DNA of 64,000 bases from Paraspadella gotoi (Eukaryota; Animalia; Chaetognatha), in the NCBI GenBank assembly GCA_051294375.1, contig CM119263.1:14400414-14464413 (forward strand). Direction: 5' to 3'. Under the pieces are notes generated by a model. The model saw only the letters and a list, made by a program, of their open reading frames with translations. It made no database searches and was not told the DNA's origin. This document shows, one piece after another, positions 1 through 55,186 of the stretch; position 1 is the stretch's first letter; each line of letters starts with the position of its first letter. The position numbers and the translations under genes were made by a program.

Positions 1-294
1 GCTCACATCTCAGCGCCTTAGCGGCTAATCATTCCCGCATTTATCCCTGTCCCTCTCACCCACCCACCCAACCTTCTCCACTCCCTCCTCCATTCCTCGC
101 GTTCACCAACGATTTCGTCTCGTCTTTCAGTTTCACAAGGAATCGTAAACAATAAACAAATACGAATAAACAAAAGACTGAGACAAAATACCACTACGAC
201 TTTGGCATCTGCCCCTCAACCGGTTTATATACAATTCATTTTTACTGTTTATACGACTTTTTTAAATCGAAAAGTATTTCTATCTCATTCTCTT

Positions 295-332
<38 letters not shown>

Positions 333-347
333 CTCTACTAACTCGGC

Positions 348-379
<32 letters not shown>

Positions 380-943
380 CCTCTCTCTTCTTCACACACT
401 CATGTGTTGTCAGGTCTAACCCATTTTCAGGTTCGTTTTTTCTCTTCCATAATCGATACAGGATCCGGGACGTAATAACAAATTTATATTTTTTTTAAAT
501 ATGATATAGTTTATAATTAAAAATATTAAGAATTTAATTATTGCAACAAAAATTATCGCGGCGCAAAAGGATAAAAAACAGTATTCTAAAGCTGCTTAAA
601 CGATCGAATTTACTTTATAATTTTTTTAAAGAACTACTGAAAAAAAAAAGAGATTTCAATTTTCTTCAACTTTCATCTCAAATGATGAATCGGTTGAGCG
701 GTGAAAAGATATGGACGAAAGATTTCAATTAAAATTCAATCCGGGGGAAAGTCGAGTCCGGGGCAAACCACTCGCTCTCGAGGTGTCAAAAATCCGGGAC
801 GAGGTGATTGGGCGCTTTCTGGGGCTACGCGGCGACAGCCCCGGAGATGAATAGCAGCGAATGTTGCTGTTCAGTTAGTTTTTATTTTATTGATCAATTA
901 AACTAATATAATGAATTAAATTTGCCCACATCAGATTTTAATT

Positions 944-1001
<58 letters not shown>

Positions 1002-1059
1002 AGAAGAAGATTCACCGGACAGCCGACAAATCATAGCGAGAGACGAACTTCGCCCTAGG

Positions 1060-2924
1060 ATGGTAAGGTGTGCGAAGGGTGGCACGCCGACAAGAAGTGT
1101 TTCAGGGTTACAAGAGTAGCGAGAATAAAAAGGTGGAGATAAAAAAGACAAACTAATATAGATATTATGAGAGATTAGGATGTCCTGGTGATTTAGCTGT
1201 TCTTTGTCTTTAGATAGTTAATAAGGAAAAAAATTCGGTTCATCACAATGATGAAAAGAGTAAGAAGTGCATGATGAAAGGAATAGAAAAGAAAGAATGG
1301 AAAAAATAAAAAAAGGGGGATGGGTTAAGAAAGTCAAAAATCAAAACTCAAAAAAGTTTTATTCCGATTTTGAAGAAAAATTTTTCTATTTTTTTATTCT
1401 CAAGTAGAGCCAAACTTCGTCAATGGGGTGGGTCAGAAGTTTGATTTGGGAACCTTTCCAAATGAAACTTCATACATTTCTGAGAAAACTTTCAATGGAG
1501 CAAAATTTTCTAAAATGGCAAGAAGCATTAGTAATTAATTTTTTAATATTTATTTATAGATAGGAAATGTCAAAAAATTTTTTTTGATTTTTTTATTTTT
1601 AAAAGCAGATTCAAATAGCTTATGAAAAGTTATCTACACAAAGTATAATTCTTTTTTCAATATTTTGATGATAAGTGGGTTTAAATTGAGAAAAACCTTA
1701 AAAAATCATCATCATCATCATCATCCGATAATTTTAGCAGTTTTTACTAATTTTTAGTAATAAAACATCAAAATTTTAAAAAGTTGTAATTATATTTTTT
1801 GCTTAACTTTTTAAGCTCTATCAGAATCAATTAAAAAAACTTAAAATATCCAAAAAAAATTTTTGACATTATATAGCAATAAAATAATATTAATTAGCGA
1901 ATTACTCATGGTTCGGAATATTTTTGTAAAAAAATATTTTAACACAATAATTAATACCAATAATGGATTAGTTTAATGCTGTTCCCATTAAAATTTGAAT
2001 TTGGTCGGCTACCTCTATCTCAAGGGAGGCTGTTTTTAATCATATCCTAAATTGAAAGGTTAAAAAGCAACAACATTCGATATAAAGGAGCCTTTTTAAC
2101 TCTGGAATAACAAATTAAAAAACAGATTACTAGAAAATCCGTAATTTCCTCGCTTGTAATTGACAATGCTTTTTTTTTTATTTCTGCCAAATGACTTCTC
2201 GGTTGAGAGTCGGAATCGTTAAATTTTTTCACGTTTCCTCGACTTCGGGTATATTTTCTTTCGCCCTCTGGCTGAATGTTCTTTTGTCGGAATTGTCCTT
2301 TTTTTTTTAGCCACCGACTTTAACTCATCCTCAAAGAAAACTTTTTCCCCGTTTATACGAATTAGACTCGAATTCGTGAGAAAAAAGAATAATAAAGAAA
2401 TGAAGAACTTTTTTTTCTTATTCGAGGAAGGAAAGAATTTAGTTTGTTTTCAGACTTAAACTGGGATTTTCATTTTTTTCCCCCAGATTTTTTTTTTTCA
2501 AATCTTTTTTCTCCTCCGACTCGAAGATTTCAAGTATGAAAGATTTTATCTTTTTTTTTTTACGACCCAAAAATTTGAGTTTAATCAGCGCCTCATTAGC
2601 CGGTGAGGATATTCCCCTCTCAACATCATCTCTCTCATTCTTTGCCCTGCCCACCTCCCACCTCCCGCCCCCCAACACCCCACAATGTGGGGCCCAAATC
2701 CACCTACCTTTTAAGATCACCCTCTCTCCAACCCCCTCCCCTCAAACTTCCCGCCTTTTAAGGGTTTCGTCGAGTGATGTCTCGAGGCGTCGAGAATGTG
2801 AAACTCGACAGAGAAACGACTCCATTATTCACGCGAGTCTCTCGTCCAAGCGACTCCCCAGAAGTTGTTGTCGTTGTTGTTGTCGCTTTTACTTTCGTTC
2901 TTCGACGTAATTCAAGAGTTTACG
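1060..2924 (+). CDS. Candidate 5' exons of gene A (ATG-terminated first exon plus signal-peptide exon)
   Basis: ATG at 1060-1062 is followed directly by GTAAGG. Joining it to the acceptor CCCCAG| at 2862 gives MKLLSLLLSLLLSFFDVIQEFT, which looks like a signal peptide. I could not find a clean phase-1 link to the CAP exon at 3518, so the connection is unproven. Confidence 0.35.
1531..1904. repeat. Degenerate AT-rich inverted repeat (foldback/MITE remnant)
   Basis: 1531-1670 (...AATGTCAAAAAATTTTTTTTG...TTTTGATG) resembles the reverse complement of 1765-1904. Confidence 0.55.
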
Positions 2925-3300
2925 GTTAAATTGTATAATCGACTGTATACCTTTTGTTTTTGTTTTTTCGAGGTCGAATTCCCACTGCTGATTGAGATTT
3001 GACTAGACCTCCTGACGAACTCCCTCGCTTTCTTTACTCCCAGAAGACGTAGCCCACTCCGAAACGAACCGCACGCTTGTGTCAACAACTTGCCTCTTTA
3101 CTTTTCTGTGAATATTTCCTCTTTTTTTTTAATTTCGAGGTTTTTTACTAATGTTTGAAAAACTTAGCTCATCCATTCGAAAGACTAAACGCTACCTTTA
3201 TGTACATAGTCTTTTACTGAGCACCTTCGCCAAATTAGCAGCATACGTATAGTAATAAAAAAATGTTATGATATTCTACTAGAATTCCGAGAGTAGTCAT

Positions 3301-3362
3301 ATGAAATTGGTACAACCAATATAAAAATTATCCATTCATTTAATAAATAAGCTATCTTGCCC
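3301..3362. repeat. Dispersed repeat fragment (copies at 44926-44986, ~20190-20211, ~38754-38775)
   Basis: The core TATTGGTTGTAC(C/A)AATTT occurs in all four copies. A longer match, GGGCAAGATAGCTTATTT...AAATGAATG, links 3301-3362 (rc) and 44926-44986. Confidence 0.65.
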
Positions 3363-3517
3363 CTGTTTGTTTGCCCCTGTATGTTTTATTTCTTTTTCTT
3401 TTTTAATTTCTCTTTATTCCCCCCCCCCTCTTCCCTCTCTACATATGGTTATTCTTCGATCAAGATTATCTTTCTTTAAAACCCATTGACGAGGAACTTC
3501 TCTCTTCCGATTCACAG

Positions 3518-20457
<16,940 letters not shown>

Positions 20458-21475
20458 AAATCTGAATCTCACTTAATCCCAGTTTTCGATCAGTATCTTT
20501 TGTGAAAGGAGGAGCCGACTTAGGGTGAGGTCTGGACCTAATGTTCGAAAAGTAAGTCCTCAGTCCCATCTAGAGTTTAAACAAGAGTCAACGAATGAAA
20601 TAACGTTGCATATTACTCTACTATTTGTTTGTTTTTGCAAATCGGCGGAACTTTTGTTTTGTCCATAATCGGCAAAGAGGAAAAGCGAGGTGAGGAGAGG
20701 GTAAGGTCGGCGTCGGTCGAGCTCAAAGAGAACTTTCCTTCCGCAAATTTATTAGACTCAAGGCCGAGATTCTTTTATTTTCTTTTAGCCAAGGATCTTT
20801 ATTTATAAGCAGTCAAAGAATTTCTCCGAGTTTGCGAGAGTGAGACAGAGAACTGTGATGAGCCGATGGCGCCTTTATGTCGGAACTGAGTAACGACAAC
20901 CAAACGGAGAATTGCGCGCCGACTAGTGTACTGGAAGCTAAGAATTTTCGTCAAAGCCTCCGCCCTTCCTAATTATTTCGGAAATCAGTGTAAAAATTAA
21001 TAATTAAAAAGGAAATAAAAAATATTTCGTGACACTTTCGATCATCGACGTCGCGAAATTTGAGAATCCCGCGTGTGGCGTGGATACCCCGTATGACCAT
21101 ACGTTTGGTTCGTTACGGGTGACATACGACGTCACGCGCCGTGTTCTCAAAGCCCGGCGCGGCTCTCTCTCGGTCCGCCTCCCGGCTAAAATCCGGCACC
21201 CCGCCGAGACGTCAATTTTTTTTAACACGATTTTTGAATTTTAAGTTATTTTTATCTAATCACTGCCACGATCGCGTCAAACCCTCCCGTTTGACGACCC
21301 TTTTTTTTCCTAAGCGATAAAAGTTTTTGGGTACTATATTTCTGTCTCCTAAACTATCTTTCGTAGTCCGTCGCCGGCTCATTTTTTTTTTAAATCGAGT
21401 GATCGTAATTTTGATTATATTAATAATATTTGGTACATATTTTTTTATTGCAAAAGAGCGAGTGAAACGTAGTGA

Positions 21476-47159
<25,684 letters not shown>

Positions 47160-47196
47160 TCAAGGGCCAACTTTTTTAAACTCTGTCCCGTTATTG

Positions 47197-47202
47197 AATA
47201 AA
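47197..47202 (+). terminator. Polyadenylation signal of gene B
   Basis: AATAAA ~38 nt after the TGA at 47157-47159. Confidence 0.5.
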
Positions 47203-48119
47203 AAAACTTAGCCTTAAATTTTATTTAAGTTTAAAAAGTTAATAAGATTCAAAAGATTAACACCCCGTTTTTAAAACTGTTGAACTAGAGTTGGTTTTTC
47301 CTGTGACTGCGAGAGTTGTGGGTTGGATGGTTTTCTGAAAAAAATTTACTAACTGCTCACTGCCACATTTGTAGATACAGAAGTCATTATTTTAGTTCCA
47401 ATTTTGTGCTTCAGTATTATGAAACCTGTTTTACATTTTGAACATTGATGTTTGTAAATGAATGTTTATACTTAGCTCATGATTGTTATGATAGATTAGT
47501 AATTTTCTTGGGTAATAAAATAAGAAGATCTGTTTACCTCGCGAATACATAAACCCTGTGTACTTTGCACACGTTGCTACATTTTTTGTTTACAGTAAAA
47601 ATATGTGTACATTTTATTTAGTGTTTTATATAAAAGAAATTCGTATATATTTCGAAGAAAATAAATCTTTTTTATTTCATAGAAGTACAAAATTAGGTTT
47701 GATACCGACTGTTACCCACTTGAAAACTTTCTATTGACAGCAACAAAATTGTAGAATATGGACTATTGGACTATATGGCTATTGGAGTCTCAATTTTCAG
47801 GGTTTGTTCCCCTTTGAATAACGTCAGTACGGTTGCGAGGTTAAATTTTTTTGGAAAAAAATTACGCCAGTTTATTGAATGGATAAGGTAAAAAAACTTC
47901 ATTATTTATTACGATCAAGATAAGGCAAATTTTTAATGAGATTGATCACGAATGATAAAAAGGATATACATAAAAATAAAAAAACGAAAATCGGCACAAC
48001 ACGATTGACGGGAAATCTCAAAAAATAAAATTGGAAGACCGAAAATCGTTTAAAGTTTTAATTTCCATTGATGAACGATGTCAGACGAAAAACCGGTAAT
48101 ACGATGTCTGATATGTGAG

Positions 48120-48310
48120 TGCTAAGTGGGCTGAAGAGGACTACCTGCAACTTCTTTAACCCCTATAGCAGCCATGTAACGGGTCCTGGGCATGGAACCA
48201 GGCTTGAGGTTGTTCTACGACCGAAGGCGGCATACGGCTTACGGTACTGGGTTGGGCTTGAACCCGGTACCAAGAGGTAACGAGATGATGTCTTTACTCA
48301 ATGAGCCACC
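48120..48310 (-). mobile_element. Possible tRNA-derived SINE
   Basis: The minus strand reads GGTGGCTCATTGAG (A-box-like) ... GGGTTCAAGCCC (B-box-like), followed by a GC-richer body in an AT-rich intergenic region. Confidence 0.35.
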
Positions 48311-48912
48311 GAGTCACAACCGAAAGTGTCACGCTTATAGACGGGGTGAACCGAGACAATGCCCGACTACATATATACCAGAGGTCTACTACCACCTTGT
48401 TTCTTAAGTTTTTTAAGACTCGTTTAATATGTTGAGGTTTTGAATGTTAGGTTTGTCTATTAATCATGAATGAAAAGAGTCCTAATTGATGTTATGTTTG
48501 TTCAATGTTAATGCTGTCATTTTTTTAATTTTTGAGAACCGCATTACTGTATGATAATTATTTATAACTACGTAAATAATAATATTTTCGTAAGTGGCAT
48601 GCCATACTAAAGTTTTAATGCAAACAAGAAAAATATTCATTTCTGCACGCTTCGTGCGTCGTTTGTAGATTTCAACATTTCCGAGAAGTCTCCTGTCATT
48701 GTTTTATTTGTTTCTGCTCGATCCGGCGTCGAATGTAACATCGAGAAAAACAAGAAAAGAGTTCATCGATGAATTAAATTCTAACGGTTAAACATTTATT
48801 TTAATTTTACTACTCTTGGGGATTTAAAAAAATAACTTAAAGGCGGGAAAAACTACTAATCAGAATTTTTTGCCCTTAACAATAACATGACGTAATGGAT
48901 CCAAACACGAAC

Positions 48913-49095
48913 GGGGGAAAACCAACTTAATTTATTTTTTTAAAGGACCGCGATAAGTCTTAGAAATATTCTATTTTTAGAAACTGACAATTCGCTCTCC
49001 GATTTTTTCTCGTCCGGCACGAACTCTGATTGGTCGCAACGAAGTGGAACGCGACTATCGACCAATCAGCGGGTTACTTCTTTTGGGGATTCCCC
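48913..49095 (+). promoter_or_regulatory. Candidate promoter cluster upstream of the ETS gene: kappaB-like sites, GATA, paired CCAAT boxes
   Basis: GGGAAAACC at 48915-48923, CGATAAG at 48951-48957, inverted pair CTGATTGGTCG (49026-49036) / CGACCAATCAG (49059-49069), and GGGGATTCCCC at 49085-49095. Confidence 0.45.
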
Positions 49096-49615
49096 AGCAC
49101 GGGTTTATCTTTTTGCGCCGTAATAAAGCAGTGATCCACAATATTCTACCCGAATATACGATTTATCACACGCCTGAAAGCTACCCAACGAAAAAGAAAG
49201 ATATTACTAGACAAAAGGAATAGAAATATTACATTTTCAAAATTGAAAAAAAAAAACAAACTACTTGTTTCAGCGTTCGAACTTCAAAGATTATCGGATA
49301 AACTTGAACTTATTAGCCCCTGAATTTTAATTCCTACTCCACCGATTTTGAAAAAGTCCAAAAACCGTCTGACGTTGCGGCCCGCATTTTTTCTAAGTAC
49401 TATTAAAGAAGAGGAGAGCGTCGTCATAGTCCCGAGCGTAACTTCAAACTTGTTTCTAGGGATCGTCTTTTTGAAAAAAAATTAAAGGCATAAAAAAGAC
49501 GCACGCCGGGATTTACTCACCTAATCTCGCTTCAATTCGAAATCCAAGTCAACCGATAATTCTTCTCTCGTATCGTTGGCGATGACATCGTGATTCAAAA
49601 ACCACAATAATAAAA

Positions 49616-50809
49616 ATGAATTCTCTAACCGTCACACACTCGCCCATGTTCCCATATTCAAGTGACTTTTCCTCTTTTTTGGCCTTGGACGATTCACTTC
49701 ATTTGTGCGAGATCAGGGACAACAACAACACCCTAATGACCCATCTCAAAAGTCCTCCGGGGACGTTGTTAGCGACGCCGGAACCCTGGCGGAGGCGTCA
49801 TGTGTCTTCCTGGACTTGCCGCGACGTTGCAGACTTTTTGAGCTGGGTGGCGATCAAGCATCGACTGAAGACGGCGTCGCAGCGTCTCGAGAGTTTTCGC
49901 TCCTTAGACGGATCTCAGTTGATGACATTGAAGGAAGGCGACTTCCGTGTCATCAGCGAAGCCGGTGCGAAATACTACTATTCCGAGTTGGCAAACGCCT
50001 TGAACCGAGTTAACCTCGAGGAAAACGAGGAGGCTCCACATTCGCCGGACTCTGGATTCGAAAGCTTCGTCCGCGCCTCCGACGAGGAGGGCGACTTCGG
50101 CGTATTCAACTCTATCCGCGATGCCATCTACATTTACCCTACCCTGTCAGTCGATCCTTGCGTCGATCTCTTCAATTTCCCCCCGGACGATGTCGACAAG
50201 TTGGCAACGACGAATACGATGACGACGACGACGCCGATGCCCACGCCGAGTACTACGTCGGAGAAAGACGCCGAGGAGCCACTTTTGCCGAATCTCGGAA
50301 TTTTTCGCAAGAATTCCATCGGCGACGACGATTACGACGAAGAGGAAGAGGACGACGACGACGACGACGAAGATTACCAACCGTCGCATCGCGACGTCCC
50401 AAAGACGACGACGCAGCGTTCCAACGTCCGACGTCGAGGAGGCAAGAGGCGGCGGGCCACCTCCTCGACCTCCACCTCCGGCGACGGAACACCCCGCGTC
50501 AACCACCGCGGTCGCAACCCTCGGTCCCGCCCTCTCTGGAAATTCTTCATCGATCTACTTAACGATCGATCCACGAATCCGCGCGTCATCGAGTGGGAGG
50601 ATCGCAACCGGGGTCAGTTCAAGGTCCGGGACACCACCGCCCTCGGTCGACTCTGGGGCGACGAGAAAGGCAACGATACCATGAACTATGACAAGCTCGC
50701 CCGGGCCATCCGGTTCTACTACAAGAAAAAGGTTTTCTCCCCTGTTGTGGAAAGGAGACTGAGCTACCAGTTCGGGGAGAAGGCGAAATGGAGAGAGTTG
50801 GTGCGTTAA
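49616..50809 (+). CDS. ETS transcription factor with SAM-Pointed and C-terminal ETS domains, EHF/ELF5 (ESE)-like; single coding exon
   Basis: PNT-like segment HVSSWTCRDVADFLSW...FRSLDGSQLMTLKEGDF. ETS domain LWKFFIDLL...IEWEDRNRGQFK...LWGDEKGNDTMNYDKLARAIRFYYKK...RRLSYQFG. Uninterrupted 397-aa ORF. Confidence 0.92.
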   Translation: MNSLTVTHSPMFPYSSDFSSFLALDDSLHLCEIRDNNNTLMTHLKSPPGTLLATPEPWRRRHVSSWTCRDVADFLSWVAIKHRLKTASQRLESFRSLDGSQLMTLKEGDFRVISEAGAKYYYSELANALNRVNLEENEEAPHSPDSGFESFVRASDEEGDFGVFNSIRDAIYIYPTLSVDPCVDLFNFPPDDVDKLATTNTMTTTTPMPTPSTTSEKDAEEPLLPNLGIFRKNSIGDDDYDEEEEDDDDDDEDYQPSHRDVPKTTTQRSNVRRRGGKRRRATSSTSTSGDGTPRVNHRGRNPRSRPLWKFFIDLLNDRSTNPRVIEWEDRNRGQFKVRDTTALGRLWGDEKGNDTMNYDKLARAIRFYYKKKVFSPVVERRLSYQFGEKAKWRELVR

Positions 50810-53800
50810 AATCATATTCATTGTTCATGTCGACGGCTCCAAGTCTTTCAAACATTTTTCGTTTGTATCGGATGTCCGCGGATCTCGGATTTTTAGCGAT
50901 TTTCTTAAGTTTTTTTGAACCATCCGTTTTTGTAAAATATGCGGCGAAAGAATGTCCTATTTTGAAATATACATTTGTGAATAATAGAAATTACAAAATG
51001 TATTTCTTTAGTCTGCCATTACTCTCATTTGTATATTTTATAGTTTGCCTCCATTAAACCTCAGTTACAACTCGCTCTCAGTCTCTGTCAGAAAATCCCT
51101 TTAAAACTAACCGGTTTTTTAACCAGTAATGAAATAACGATTTGAAAAAGTGAAGATTTGCCCGATAAGAAAAATGAAAACCAACTCCCAGGGAGGTTTA
51201 GAGTAGGTTAATTTTTCCACGAATAGTAAAATGAAAGAAAGAGAAAAAACTATATAGACAGTTACCAATGTTAAATTAGATCATTGAAGTGGCCGAGAGG
51301 GTCGCCGTGCCTGTTAGTTGCCTCGCTTTCTGAAATTTTGCATCCGGCGGTAGGCTTGTTACCGCTGCTTAAAGGGCCCGTATCTCTTTCGCAAGGACCG
51401 TTCCGACCAGGGCTAGAGCCCGGACCATTTGATTCGGAGAGATGGAAGGAAAGGTCATATCCATTATCCAATGGGTAGTAATAGTACGTCACTACATCAT
51501 TTTGATTTTGATACCCTCTCAGCAAAGTTATTAGAGAACACTCCAAAAACTTTTAAAAGCAAGACGATAGTAGATTACTGTCCTGATTTAGTAAATAACT
51601 ATTAGAATCCAAATTGAAATTTTAAACTGACTTGTTTCTCTTTACTTTTAAGATTATTTAAAAAACACACCTAAATAAACAAAGAAGAGTTATATTTTGA
51701 AACTCATACATTATGAAAGCACGGGATCTAGACGTAATTTATGTGCCCATTACGATAGAAATGAGAAAATGTGTTGAATATTTATCTTTTTAGCGTATTA
51801 ATTTGATTTCGAACACGATGGACGAAACTCCTTTTATTGATAAAAAAAAAGATTCGTCAATGCTAAAAAACAACAATCTTCGTTGAAAATACATATTCCA
51901 ACGAGTCATTTAAAATAAAATCAATAAATCAAAATGAATTTAACATGAATTCAGTGAAAAGAATACTAAAAATGACGAATCTAACTTCTCAAATTTTTTT
52001 AACAATTTCCTTCTTGTTTAAAAGTGAAGAAAGCGCGACAGGCGTCGCGCATGTATAAATTAAGATTACCCTACAGAGACAGATGAACAATATAAATGAA
52101 TAATGGATTCGAAATAGTCTCATGCGAACCGCGGAATGCCTTTGGAGGACGCTGTAATTCAAGAGGAGCGAGGGGCGGGGGAGTGAGAAGGGGAGTACGA
52201 AGTGGGACCAAATGGTTTCCTTTTTTATAGAACAATCCGTGCCGGTTATCCTTTCATGGGATCATAAGAGGAATTTTTTTTTTAATTCGTGAATTTGACA
52301 AGAAAAACAACGAAAACTTTTATTTTTTTGTTTTGAGGTAGAAGAGAACGCCGGTCCTGAAAAGGCTGGAGATAAACAATACTACGTATTTTTTTTTCTT
52401 TTTTTTTTTCGTTGCAATATCTCTTTCGTCGTGAATGATACGGAATAGTAGAAACGCAATACCGCAAACTGCGAACCAAAAAAAATGCCGGATAAAAAAT
52501 TCTTTTATGGGTCAGTTTAATAGTGAGAGTGAAAAGCGGTATGGGGTAAAAGCCGGGTGGGGGTAGCGTGGGTGGGAATGAAGGGACGGGTGCCAGTTTG
52601 GGTGGAGTGAATGTGTCGGTTTTTTCTTATTAACTTGGCCATAATAAAGAAATTGTCTACTTGATTATTGAATATTAATCGTTTTTACCCAAAGATAAAA
52701 TGAGAAAGAATGTCTGGAGGGAAGAGAAAAGAGAATAAGATGAGTCCGGATTAACCCCCCGAATTAAAGGATTAGATTAAAAGAATTTTCCGCATGCGAC
52801 TTTCAAATTCATCTCTTGAAATTATGTAAAATTGTTAAGGAAAGTCCATTTTATTTAAACTTTTAACGTATATTAAGAGTCAAAAACCGTAAAACAGCAA
52901 TGGCTTGACTCGTACGCTTCCATTTGGCATTGACGGAGCGGTGGAGACGTGAATAAAGTGTTTAAGTATTCCTGGACGGCAGTTGTAACATTAGAAATCG
53001 AATGGTAAATCTGGACTCGTGGCTTCGGGCCACATTTGGAAGAGAAGATAGCGGAAGAAGAAAGAGGGGATGAAAGAAGAATAAATTAGGAAGATACGAG
53101 GACAGGGGAAACAGAAAAATAACTGGAAGGTGAAAACAAATGAAAGGTAGGAAACCGGAGAGGAAAGAAAAACACATTTGTAAAAAAAAAAAGAAAAGAA
53201 AAAACTAAGTTGGAAACTACTTCTTACTGTGACTACTCGATCGACGATAAAATTGTGTTTCGGATTCAAAAATTCGAGAAAATCGGTAAATCGTAAATCG
53301 ATTAGAAATAAAAATTAATCAAAAATAAGATTTTTTAAAAAAAATTATAGCGGGAGAAGATGGGGAGAGAAGAAGAGAGATAAAGCAGAGTAGAGTCAAG
53401 AGAAATGTGATTATTTTTTAGTGCGATCTAAGTACAAGAAAGATCATTTTACATTCTAAAATCGTGTGACGCGGTTTGTTTTTTATTAGTTCTTATTTTC
53501 ACGTTTTATTTTCCCGAGTTTTTGAATTTTTTTGTAGCTTAAATATTAAAAAAAGTTACTACGATAATAAATTGTTTTTCGAAAGTTTTTCTTTTCTCGG
53601 TTATGATACGTATCACTTAATTTTTACCATAAATTAATCGAAAGTAGTCAAAGACTCAAGAGAGATTTTATTTAGGCGATAGCCACTTATTTTTCGTTTT
53701 AAAAAATATATCTATTTTCCGTTTTATTTGAAGGGAGAATTTTCAAGCAATGCAATAATAATTCTTCATGATTTATTATATTAATTCCCTTCCGTTTTTC

Positions 53801-53907
53801 AATGACAGTAGTTTCCATCGAGGTTGTTCTTTCAGCAGTTGACCGTCTTGAAAAAGGCCTTCCACTTTCTCGCAAGGGTTGAGGTCTTCCAATGTCTTCG
53901 AAGGCAA

Positions 53908-54035
<128 letters not shown>

Positions 54036-54057
54036 CTTCGATTCCATTCCTCTCTCC

Positions 54058-55052
54058 TCAAAAGGTAAGGTCATAGGCGTCGAAGAGGTCGGAGATGCCC
54101 TCACCCATGTCGAGGCTGAAGAGGTAGTCCTCATCGCCGAGCGGAGGTTCGAGCGGCACGAAGTTTGCGTGCTGATCCTCCGTCTCGAACAGCGCCATCC
54201 CACTCCCGGTGCCGAAGAGATCTTCGGCGTCCATCATTAGTGAACCGGCTTCGTTCGCAGTGCTCGTCGCGGATCCGAGCGTGTCGCAGGCGTCGCTGGC
54301 GCCAGAGACGGCCGCTCCGCCGGAAAGGAATGCCCCTGAATTTGTTGTTGCCGTCGTCGTCGTCGTCGTCGCCGTTGTCGAAGCCGACGAAGCGGCCATT
54401 TTAAAGGAGTCTCGATTAGCATCTCTGAAGGATTTGCCGTTGACGTTTTGCCGCGCGGACGCGACTGTCGCAGGCTTCTGCGGCGCCTGCTGTTGCTGCT
54501 GTCGCTGCGGTGCCTGGCGACCGGTGAGGGCGTGCTGGCCGTTGCCTTGAGACACGAGCACCATGAGAGGATTGGCGCCGGAAGGGGTGTGGCTCGGTGC
54601 CGAAGAAACCGAGAGGCGTGCCGCCGCGGCGCTCTTGGGGCTCAAGTACTGGATGGAAGCAGCCGAGGAACCCGCTGAAAAAAATTATATTAATATGAAA
54701 AAAAATAGAAACTAGATAGAAATAACTAACTATAAAATATTGAATTAGTAATAAACTACAGGGAAAAAGACCATAAACGCGACGCCACCTGGTAGACTGT
54801 CCCTTGTGGCGGTGGAGGAAACTGATGCGTCGTCTGAACAGATCGAGATGGAATCGTAGACAGAAGATGGCGCTCCGGATGCCGGTGCCGAGACGTAGCC
54901 GGACGAAGCCTGCCAAAAACAAACGTCTTTTATCAAGTTTTCTGTTGAAAAATTATAGTTACACTCAAAATCAGCATTTTAGTCATACAAAAGGGGTTGA
55001 AAATGGTTTAGACCTACCAATATAAGAGAGAGAGAGGAGAGAGAGAGAGGAG

Positions 55053-55084
<32 letters not shown>

Positions 55085-55109
55085 GAGAGAGAGAGAGGGA
55101 AAGAGAGAA

Positions 55110-55186
<77 letters not shown>

